A DNA stretch of 63,407 bases, filler included, from Octopus bimaculoides (Eukaryota), in the NCBI RefSeq assembly GCF_001194135.2. It is 6 parts of 6 records of this genome, joined end to end, with 100 filler letters (N's around TTAATTAATTAA, not from the genome) between each part and the next. Parts side by side here need not be neighbours in the genome. Positions count along the whole stretch, not along the records: positions 5,835 to 17,916 come from NC_068983.1; positions 18,017 to 30,653 come from NC_069008.1; 4 more parts are not named here. The stretch is one strand, 5' to 3'. This document shows, one piece after another, positions 11,310 through 21,180 of the stretch (position 1 is the first letter of the stretch; each line of letters begins with the position of its first letter). The notes under the pieces are model-generated. The model worked only from the letters and a program-made list of their open reading frames with translations, did no database searches and was not told where the DNA came from. The translations under genes were made by a program, and so were the position numbers.

Positions 11310-12020
11310 NNNNNNNNNNNNNNNNNNNNNNNNNNNNNNNNNNNNNNNNNNNNNNNNNNNNNNNNNNNNNNNNNNNNNNNNNNNNNNNNNNNNNNNNNNN
11401 NNNNNNNNNNNNNNNNNNNNNNNNNNNNNNNNNNNNNNNNNNNNNNNNNNNNNNNNNNNNNNNNNNNNNNNNNNNNNNNNNNNNNNNNNNNNNNNNNNNN
11501 NNNNNNNNNNNNNNNNNNNNNNNNNNNNNNNNNNNNNNNNNNNNNNNNNNNNNNNNNNNNNNNNNNNNNNNNNNNNNNNNNNNNNNNNNNNNNNNNNNNN
11601 NNNNNNNNNNNNNNNNNNNNNNNNNNNNNNNNNNNNNNNNNNNNNNNNNNNNNNNNNNNNNNNNNNNNNNNNNNNNNNNNNNNNNNNNNNNNNNNNNNNN
11701 NNNNNNNNNNNNNNNNNNNNNNNNNNNNNNNNNNNNNNNNNNNNNNNNNNNNNNNNNNNNNNNNNNNNNNNNNNNNNNNNNNNNNNNNNNNNNNNNNNNN
11801 NNNNNNNNNNNNNNNNNNNNNNNNNNNNNNNNNNNNNNNNNNNNNNNNNNNNNNNNNNNNNNNNNNNNNNNNNNNNNNNNNNNNNNNNNNNNNNNNNNNN
11901 NNNNNNNNNNNNNNNNNNNNNNNNNNNNNNNNNNNNNNNNNNNNNNNNNNNNNNNNNNNNNNNNNNNNNNNNNNNNNNNNNNNNNNNNNNNNNNNNATAT
12001 ATATATTATATATATATATA

Positions 12021-12344
12021 GGCGCGTGGCTTAGTGGTTAGGGTATTCGGCTCGTATCGTAGGGTCGCAAGTTCGATTCCCGGCGACGTAATTGTGTCCT
12101 TGAGCAAGACACTTTATTTCACGGTGCTCCAGTCTATTCAGCTGGCAAAAATGAGTAGTACCTGTATTTCAAGGGGCCAGTCTTGTCACACTCTGTGTCA
12201 CGCTGAATTCCCCTGAGAAATATGTAAAAAGGGGTACGCGTGTCGGTGGAGTGCTCACCCACTTGCACGCTAATTTCTCGAGCAAACTGCTCCATTAATC
12301 GTATCAGCTGGGACCCTCGTTGTCGTAACCAACGGAGTGCTGCC
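12021..12344 (+). mobile_element. SINE family C, full length
   Basis: tRNA-like head GGCGCGTGGCTTAGTGGTTAGGG...GCAAGTTCGATTCCC, core GTGTCCTTGAGCAAGACACTTTATTTCAC, body ...GGAGTGCTC...GTCGTAACCAACGGAGTGC. Confidence 0.85.
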
Positions 12345-12510
12345 TATATATACATACATACAAAATGTCATTAAGGTACTACCTTTCTATGTGACATGGC
12401 GCTGTCGCAGAAACAATGCACAATGCCATTTCCTGGAATTAATATAGAGAACTCCTACTTATTAAATACAAACACACATACATACATACATACATACATA
12501 CATACATACA

Positions 12511-12930
12511 TGATGGCTGTCCACTCGTGACTGAGGAAGACCATTGCCGACCTTCAGGAACATTCTGCGCTCAAGTACTAACTTATATTTTGCATTTACG
12601 GCTCCGTTGGTGGCTAATGAGCCCTGCTCTTGATAAGCATACACGACTGCAAACATTGCAGATTAAGCTTTCCCCATTCACTATATGAACCGTGCGCTTT
12701 CGCGCAGCTCGCTTAAGTTCTTCATGCTGGATACGTGCTCCCTCAAAAGTGTCGATCCCCTCCTTAACCTGCTTCCTCCATCCGTGGCGATGACAGGCAT
12801 TGTTCTCCCAGTCAGTGTCCTGCATATCACAGGCCTTTAATGAGGACTTGACACAGTCCTTAAAGCGCAGCTTTGGTTTCTGCCGGAGTCTCCATCCATT
12901 CACAAGTTCTCCATATAGCATCTGCTTAGG
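12511..12930 (-). mobile_element. RTE-clade LINE 3' end with C-terminal zinc finger
   Basis: PKQMLYGELVNGWRLRQKPKLRFKDCVKSSLKACDMQDTDWENNACHRHGWRKQVKEG...CNVCSRVCLSRAGLISHQRS matches the RTE PKQ.LYGEL..G.R..G.P..R.KD motif and a C2H2-type finger. Flanked by (TACA)n. Confidence 0.85.
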
Positions 12931-13320
12931 ATACATACATACATACATATATACATACATACATACATACATACAAACTCCAAGCGAAAAGTCACGTATT
13001 TGGTGTGGGAGACTATTTAGCAAAATTACGATGAATACTATCTCCAACTCTGTAGCTACAACTACCAGCCCTATTAAAAAAACTTGTTAATCTTCAGATG
13101 AATTAACTAATCGGAGTGGTTTTCGACTGAAACTTGAATTTAGCATGCAAAGATTTACTACAAACGACATGACCGAACACAACATCAACAACAACACAAC
13201 CAAGGAACAGAACGAAAATAACAGCTCAACATATAAACAGATTCTTTCTAACATTAGTCATAGAAGAGATTGTAACTACAAAACTCATTTTACTTCGAGT
13301 TATGAATTGAATACTGATTT

Positions 13321-13514
13321 ATTTCCTAGACTATCCGGGTGCCAAAGATCGTATTATCTAGTGTGTCGTGTTGTGTACAATTCTCTCTCTTTCTCTCTCT
13401 TTCTCTCCCCTCCCCTCCCCTCCCTCTTCCCTCTCTCTCACAGCCTTTGTTCTGTGATTTTAATCCCTTATAATTTAAAAGATCATGCCACATTTTCACT
13501 CACACACTGGCGGA
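13321..13514 (-). repeat. Right arm of the ~190-bp inverted repeat pair (partner 11062-11246)
   Basis: Reverse complement of 11062-11246, including the same internal purine tract. Confidence 0.85.
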
Positions 13515-13817
13515 TATATACACACATACACACACACACATTATATATATATGCACACACACCTCATAGATGAAGTTGCCTGAAGACCCTATACACCTAC
13601 AGGTGAAACTCTGAATAGCAAATGGAAACAAACTCCACCCAAATATAAAGATACACATACACACAAACGCACATACATGCGCTCATTCATGCAAAAAGTG
13701 ACATGGATACCCTTTGCAAATCTATGCACACATACATTTATATAGATGATCACAAGCTTATTCACATATTCAGAAACCCCTAGAGCTGTTTAGACAAAAT
13801 AACCAGGTCATATTGTC

Positions 13818-13866
<49 letters not shown>

Positions 13867-14315
13867 TCATCTAAGTCTTTTTCCTTATACAGAATTCAAA
13901 CCGGTACCTGACAATATGCATATATATATATGCATATATACATACGTACATGTACATGCTTACATCTATACGTATATATATAAATGTGCATATGTGGGCA
14001 CAGGACGTCACAGAAACGTGTACAACAAAATACGAAGTACGAGTACATGGAATATGAACTATTTTTTCGAACAACGAAAGAGACAAATGGAAGACGAGGC
14101 AAAGAACATAAAGAACGACTCTTCATCAGTTGTTGGATGGTTTTCTACTCTCGTATTTCGAGCATTTAACAACATATATATATCTATTATTTATGTCTAT
14201 CTATCTACATATTTAAATTCAATAATAGGACGAATTCTTTTACAAGAATTTATCAAGTAGCTAGCGTGAAAAAAACCTCATAAGGGAAAAAATCCATCAT
14301 TTATTCCCGAAATAT

Positions 14316-14566
14316 ATATTTATATTTATATAAGGGCATTACTATATAATAACGCCTCACGCCATGAGGGACTCTAAGGTCAGACTAATATAAAAAGCAC
14401 ATTTTTACCGAATGCGAGGAAATGCAACTCTCAAAGCCAACCCCTTAAAAACGAACTAAATTCCTTGCATTCAGTAAAAATGTGCTTTTTATAGTAGTCT
14501 GACCTTAGAGTCCCTCATGGCGTGAGGCGTTATTATATAGTAATGCCCTTATATAAATATAAATAT
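14316..14566. repeat. Near-perfect long palindrome (106-bp arms, 39-bp loop), MITE/foldback-like
   Basis: 14316-14421 is the reverse complement of 14461-14566 with 3 mismatches by manual comparison. Confidence 0.9.
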
Positions 14567-14811
14567 CTATCTACATATATATATGTGTGTATGTGTATTG
14601 GTGCAAACAGGAAAAATAGAAATCGAAAAATGAGTACATGTATATTTTTGTTGATACTTAGCAGAAGAAACAGAAGTCAGAGTAACTCAAGGTCTGAGAG
14701 TTTTGTGCGTTGGCACTAATTTAATAAGTGCCAATGCACGAAACACTCGGACATTGAGTCACTTTGTTGCTTTTCCTAAATACATATATATGTGCGTGTG
14801 CGTGCGTGTGC

Positions 14812-14846
<35 letters not shown>

Positions 14847-15552
14847 NNNNNNNNNNNNNNNNNNNNNNNNNNNNNNNNNNNNNNNNNNNNNNNNNNNNNN
14901 NNNNNNNNNNNNNNNNNNNNNNNNNNNNNNNNNNNNNNNNNNNNNNNNNNNNNNNNNNNNNNNNNNNNNNNNNNNNNNNNNNNNNNNNNNNNNNNNNNNN
15001 NNNNNNNNNNNNNNNNNNNNNNNNNNNNNNNNNNNNNNNNNNNNNNNNNNNNNNNNNNNNNNNNNNNNNNNNNNNNNNNNNNNNNNNNNNNNNNNNNNNN
15101 NNNNNNNNNNNNNNNNNNNNNNNNNNNNNNNNNNNNNNNNNNNNNNNNNNNNNNNNNNNNNNNNNNNNNNNNNNNNNNNNNNNNNNNNNNNNNNNNNNNN
15201 NNNNNNNNNNNNNNNNNNNNNNNNNNNNNNNNNNNNNNNNNNNNNNNNNNNNNNNNNNNNNNNNNNNNNNNNNNNNNNNNNNNNNNNNNNNNNNNNNNNN
15301 NNNNNNNNNNNNNNNNNNNNNNNNNNNNNNNNNNNNNNNNNNNNNNNNNNNNNNNNNNNNNNNNNNNNNNNNNNNNNNNNNNNNNNNNNNNNNNNNNNNN
15401 NNNNNNNNNNNNNNNNNNNNNNNNNNNNNNNNNNNNNNNNNNNNNNNNNNNNNNNNNNNNNNNNNNNNNNNNNNNNNNNNNNNNNNNNNNNNNNNNNNNN
15501 NNNNNNNNNNNNNNNNNNNNNNNNNNNNNNNNNNNNNNNNNNNNNNNNNNNN

Positions 15553-15586
<34 letters not shown>

Positions 15587-15608
15587 AGAGAGAGAGAGAG
15601 AGAGAGAC

Positions 15609-15669
<61 letters not shown>

Positions 15670-15821
15670 TGCATACATGCATATATATACACATGTATAC
15701 GTCTTGCATATACATATAGATGTATGCATGTATAAATATACACATATATTTTCACATATATAAACAGATATACACATACATGTACACGCACATATATTTT
15801 TTAATATATGTGCCGTTTATT

Positions 15822-16035
15822 GGCGGTGAGCTGGCAGAAACATTAGCACGCCGAGCGAAATGCTAAGCGATATTGCATATGTCTTTATGTTCTGAGTTTA
15901 AATTCTGTCGAAGTTGACTTCGCCTGTCATTCTTTCGGGGTCGATAAATTAAGTACCAGTTGCGTACTGGGATCGATCTAATTGATTGGCCCCCTCCTCC
16001 CCAAAATTTCGGGCCTTGTGCCTAGAGAAGAAAAG
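15822..16035 (+). mobile_element. SINE family A copy with TSD
   Basis: Same head and core as 7894-8128; flanked by AATATATGTGCCG(T/A)TTAT at 15803-15820 and 16036-16053. Confidence 0.85.
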
Positions 16036-16054
16036 AATATATGTGCCGATTATA

Positions 16055-16287
16055 AGGCGGTGTGTTGGTAGAATCATTATCACAACGGACGAAAAGTATA
16101 TCGGTATTTCGTCCGTCTATACGTCCGTTCTATACGTGTATACGCCCGTCTATATGTTCGGAAACGCGCTGAGGTCGGCTTTGCTGTTCATTCTTTTGGG
16201 GGTCGATAAAATAAGTACCAGTTGAACACTGGGTGCGATGTAATCGACATTTCCACTACACCCTAAGCTGCTGGCCGAAAATTGAAT
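16055..16287 (+). mobile_element. SINE family A, more diverged copy
   Basis: Degenerate head plus core GAGGTCGGCTTTGCTGTTCATTCTTTTGGGGGTCGATAAAATAAGTACCAG. Confidence 0.75.
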
Positions 16288-16297
16288 GCCCATGAGA

Positions 16298-16604
16298 TTC
16301 AATGACCATGAGATTGCACCTAGAAAGTTACCCTCCGAGGCACAAGACCGAGCAGGGTTGTTTATGGAACACTCGCAGTCGCCCATGCATACCAGCCTCC
16401 CCTCTCCACGCCACCGATGTTATCCAAAGCAAAGGCCGATACAGCTCGGCACCAGTGACGTCACAGCTCATTTTTACAGCTGAGTGGACTGGAGGAACGT
16501 GAAAAAAGTGTCTTGCTCAAGAACACAACAAACATCCTGGTTCGGGAATTGAACTCACTACCTCATGATTGTGAACCCTACGATCTAACCACTGAGTCAT
16601 GCGT
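16298..16604 (-). mobile_element. SINE family D
   Basis: Reverse complement of the 23356-23644 family. Confidence 0.8.
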
Positions 16605-16610
16605 ATTCGT

Positions 16611-16990
16611 TGCTTAAGAACCACATGATTCCGGGTTCAGTCCCAATGCGTGGGACCTTGGGCAAGAGTAGTCTACTATATCCTCGGACCGACCAAAGCC
16701 TTGTGAATGGATTTAGTAGACGGAAACTGAAAGAAGCCCGTTATATATATTCATGTGTGTATTTATGTATGTATATGTTATGTGTCTGTTTGTCCCCCTA
16801 CCATCACTTGACAACCGATGTTGGTGTGTTTACATCCCCGTAACTTGGCGGTTCGGCAAAAGCCACCGATAGAGTAAGTACTAGGCTTACAAAGAATAAG
16901 TCCTGGGGCCAATTTGTTTGACTAAAGGCGGTGCCCCAGCATGGCCGCAGTCAAATGACTGAAACAAATAAAATATAAGAAAAGAAAAGA
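16611..16990 (+). mobile_element. SINE family B
   Basis: Colinear with 62622-63040; A-rich tail. Confidence 0.85.
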
Positions 16991-16996
16991 AAGAAT

Positions 16997-17157
16997 ATTT
17001 ATTCTTTTACTTGTTTCAGTGATTTCCCAGGACTTATTCTTTGTAAGCCTAGTACTTATTCTATCGGTCTCTTTTTCCGAACCGCTAAATTATGAGAACG
17101 TAAACACACCAACATCGGTTTCAAACGATGGTGGAGAGACAAACAAAAATACACAAA

Positions 17158-17211
<54 letters not shown>

Positions 17212-17310
17212 CACGACGGGCTTTTTTCAGTTTCTGTCTACCAAATCCACTCACAAGGCTTTGGTTAGTCCGAGGCTACATTAGAAGACACTTGCCCAAG
17301 GTGCCATGTA
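16997..17310 (-). mobile_element. SINE family B, inverted and tail-to-tail with 16611-16990
   Basis: Reverse complement of the family-B body and tail. Confidence 0.85.
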
Positions 17311-18016
17311 CATTCATATATATTTAGTTGTGTATGTAATTTTCATTTAAGTAAAAGATATTGCACATCATTAAATTTATCCTAAGTACTCCTTCCCATT
17401 GTTGATACCCAACACTGGTATCTTTTTTTCTATTAATATAGTCATCTGACTGCTTTCCCTTAGTGGTTTACATGCATTGAGACACTCTCTGTATCCGTGT
17501 ATTTAAACCACTAGCGGTTTTACCGGGTTTTGAGTTACATAACGCAACATTCCGGATGATTACGTAAACACTACCTTCAAATTTATTTAATTTAAATTAA
17601 TTAATAATTGCAATTATATAACTATACATATAATGATGTGTATCTTATTGAAACAGCTGTTAAGAAAAACTAAAGAATGAACTATATTGAAAATTTATGC
17701 ATCTTGCCTTTATACCAGAGTATATATTTATGCATTTATATGTATACATATAAAAGCAGGGGAATGTTGGTACTCATCTCCATCATGGATTCTCACGAGT
17801 ATCAAGCTTGCCACATGTTCCCATGTGGCAGGTTTAATAATTGTTGGGAAATTACTCTCTACTTGAAACCATTGGTAGCCTAGTTATCCCACAAATAAAG
17901 TTATATAGATATATATNNNNNNNNNNNNNNNNNNNNNNNNNNNNNNNNNNNNNNNNNNNNTTAATTAATTAANNNNNNNNNNNNNNNNNNNNNNNNNNNN
18001 NNNNNNNNNNNNNNNN

Positions 18017-18058
<42 letters not shown>

Positions 18059-19165
18059 TGTATGTATGTATATTATATACATGTGCATGTATGTATCCAT
18101 GTATGGAAAAAGGAAAGGGAATAAATGGTGTAAGGAATAAAAGAATGCATGAATTTGTGAATTGGTATGTGATGGAATGAGAAGAAGAAAAGACTGATTG
18201 AAGGAATGAGTGACTAAAGGATTAATGGAATGAGTAAAGGGAAAAAAGACTGATTGAAAGTATGAGTGATTGGTGGACTGAGAGATTGAAGGATTGACTG
18301 AGTGAAAGAATAATGGCTTAGGGAATGATGGATTGAATGAATGATGGTACGAGGGATTAGGAAAATGAGGGATTGATGGATTGTGCAATGAGGGATCAGA
18401 GGAATGAGATCCTGGATGATTGAAGGAATGAGGAATTAAAGGATTAATAGAATGAGTGAGCGAGTGACAGAATGAGGGATTAAACAAACAGGTGATCAAA
18501 GGAATTTGATCACAAGGCCAACAAATTTGATACGAGCTTAGTTGAACTCATCNNNNNNNNNNNNNNNNNNNNNNNNNNNNNNNNNNNNNNNNNNNNNNNN
18601 NNNNNNNNNNNNNNNNNNNNNNNNNNNNNNNNNNNNNNNNNNNNNNNNNNNNNNNNNNNNNNNNNNNNNNNNNNNNNNNNNNNNNNNNNNNNNNNNNNNN
18701 NNNNNNNNNNNNNNNNNNNNNNNNNNNNNNNNNNNNNNNNNNNNNNNNCCCCCCCCGTGCTGGACTGGTACATCATTTTATCAACCCCTGAAAGTCAAGC
18801 TGACCTTAGCAGAATTTGAACCCAAGTTGTAAGAGCTGGAATGAATACCACATGGGAATTCAGTCTGGTGCCTTACCAATCCTGACAATTCAGTAAGAAA
18901 TTATAATTTCTGATTCAGGAGGGGAGGAGGTTTCCTGATATAGCTAAGGTACTTTTGTGTTGTTGTGTCATGCACATATTTTAAATATTACATATTCAAT
19001 ATACACAATAAAACCTGTTTTTTTTTTCTTTTTCTTTTTTCTTCTGAATATGAAATGCTGAAAGTGGAATGCATCAGATGTGTCTTTTATGCCGTTAAAT
19101 ATGGCAACTCAAAGCAACCCCAGATCTGAAAATGAAGAATATAGAATATATCAAAGCTTACTTAC

Positions 19166-19332
19166 CGATGGGCCACACCTCGTTCATGTAAATAATGAAC
19201 GGCCGATATTATCTGCCTAATGTAAGGACGGGCCCGATCTTCGGGCAACCGATTTTCAGGGTGTATTTTTATGAATGAATATAGTTCTCCACCCGCTGCG
19301 TACTCCATACACACACAGTACAACGTGGCAGC
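19166..19332 (-). CDS. Internal coding exon of a CAMK-group (CAMKL; HUNK/MARK-like) Ser/Thr protein kinase, hinge region to the HR of the catalytic loop
   Basis: Translates AATLYCVCMEYAAGGELYSFIKIHPENRLPEDRARPYIRQIISAVHYLHERGVAH(R), with kinase motifs MEY..GGEL and RQI.SAV.YLH..GV.HR. Acceptor: pyrimidine tract ...tttccgttttctcattcattccAG with an upstream ctaat branch-like motif. Donor: CG|GTAAGT. Length 167 nt (phase 0 to phase 2, splitting the Arg of HRD). Subfamily is recalled by motif, not searched. Confidence 0.93.
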
Positions 19333-19645
19333 CTGGAATGAATGAGAAAACGGAAAAGAAACGATTAGACAAGCAGTAGAAACAGATGAAAGCAAAAACT
19401 GAAATAAAATAAACAAAATTGACTCACCTGTCTGTACAGTTATTAGTTAATTAATGATCTAATAAATCTAATTAAATTAATTCTTGTCATGTTGTCTGTT
19501 CATTTGTTAAGAGAAACTGTTGAGTTAGAGCATGGAAGACAAACATTGGAATAAAAGTTTCATGTGAGAGTGAGCAAAGAACCAGTGGAATATTTCTGAA
19601 TTATGAATTTTGATTGACCAGGACCTAAATGACTTTTGCACATAG

Positions 19646-19678
<33 letters not shown>

Positions 19679-19680
<2 letters not shown>

Positions 19681-19885
19681 AGGGAGTGCTGGAAAGTTCC
19701 TGGTTTTAAAGGCATCACGAAATGCCTGGTTGGAGGCCTAAACTGCTGAGTTCTTTCGCAGGGCTTTGAAAAACTGAAGGACCGTTGCAATAAGTATGTG
19801 AATCTGAGAGGAAAATATGTTGAATAAAATCATAATTAACTGATTCCCCAGAACCAGAACCAGGAACTTTCAGCTCCCCCCCCCC
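19679..19885 (+). mobile_element. Internally deleted mariner-derived element (MITE-like)
   Basis: Starts TA|CGAGGGAGTGCTGGAAAGTTCCTGG and ends CCAGGAACTTTCAGCTCCCCC (imperfect inverted termini). The interior encodes FEKLKDRCNKYVNLRGKYVE*, resembling the mariner transposase C-terminus. Confidence 0.7.
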
Positions 19886-20209
19886 ACATCTGTTGGTATA
19901 TATATNNNNNNNNNNATATATATATATATATAGTTTTAGGGAAAAGAACCAAGGTTCATGAACTCATCGATGAAAATCCACTGTCACATATAGAAAAATT
20001 AATAATTAAAAGCACAATAAATGAGTATAATATAATACAAAGTAAATATCATAAGATTAAGATAATATTATCCTAATCTGAAAATAAGAGGGATTTTTAA
20101 TGAGCAACAGCTCATAACTTTCGTCATTATTGAAGCTTTTGGTGATATTTTTATGTCTTACTGTACTTTTTACTTTATCTTTATTCAATGTTTTGCATTT
20201 TTCTAATAT

Positions 20210-20317
20210 CAGGAGTGAAATTACCAGGAGTGAAATCGACTGGCAGTCAAATTACCGGGGTCCAAATTACCAGAGTCAAAATATTACAAGTGAAATTACC
20301 AGGAGCCAAATTACCGG
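20210..20317. repeat. Degenerate 15-bp minisatellite (AAATTACCAGGAGTG-like), about 7 copies
   Basis: Direct reading. Confidence 0.8.
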
Positions 20318-20829
20318 CTATCATGCGTATGATAACTTATGGCAGCATCTGGCAACACAGGCCTCCCTCAGACCCAGGTATCTACTGCTGGCTACTGTTT
20401 CTCATTCAGTCGCTTTCAAGCATAAATTGTGTTTGAATGAAAATAGTGTTGAAAAATATAAATGTGACATTCGACCAGATCGACTTATGGTTTGTCAGTT
20501 GGAATGGAACTCAGTCATAAGTCAAGGGGAAGGCGTATAACAAACTATGTTGAACAGAAGAACATAAAACAATATATGTATACTGTTTATATTAGTTGGG
20601 TTATTGTCCGCATTTGACTGTTGCTTTGTTTTCAGTATGTTTTGATTGTTGTATGTTCCAGCCTTCTACAGGTGTCTTGTTTTAAGATTGATTGTTGAAT
20701 CAAAATTCTGATGCATCGACCAAGTTTGACACAAAATACCTGAAGAAGACTAAAGCAAAAGCAGCCGAAAGATTGAGAAATCAACACTAAAGATCAGGAC
20801 ACCAGTCTAACTAATCTTAACCATGTACA

Positions 20830-21180
20830 TAGTAGGGGGGCTCTGAAAGGGGTCTCAGGGAGTAGCATTCCTGCATTCCTGAGCTAGTTTTACACCACAA
20901 TTATTAAAAATTATGGTAGAGGTCTTGGTCTCAGGACCTCTCATGTCTAGAAACTGAGGTTGAGGGTAAGCAATGGCATGTACCCCATAGAAAAACCAGC
21001 TCCAAAAAAGCCTCATGATAGCTAAGGAGAATGGGCACCAGCCAGCCAGCCAAAAGGTTGGGGTGGGCTACATCTGGCTACCTTGGTTGCTATGGCATTG
21101 AGGTAGATCCAGCCACCCCTGTTAATGGGGACAAAACCTGGATTTAAAACACTGGATGATGATGATGATGATGATGATGT
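20830..21180 (+). mobile_element. Probable non-autonomous retroposon with (GAT)n tail
   Basis: A GC-richer block ending GGATTTAAAACACTGGATGATGATGATG; family not assigned. Confidence 0.4.

Noticed and set aside
13584-13625. CTGAAGA...GAAAC hammerhead-like core
   Set aside because: Stem II does not pair adjacent to the core, and no stem I/III or cleavage triplet can be drawn.
14703-15791. Many long ORFs in the track (also about 751-1396, 11261-12034, 21612-22391, 27492-28279, 29235-29886, 59070-59580)
   Set aside because: Their length comes from N gaps translated as X plus flanking microsatellites.
17969-18499. 176-aa Ser/His/Pro/Phe-rich ORF
   Set aside because: Translation of a degenerate (GAAT/GATT) purine-rich low-complexity tract.
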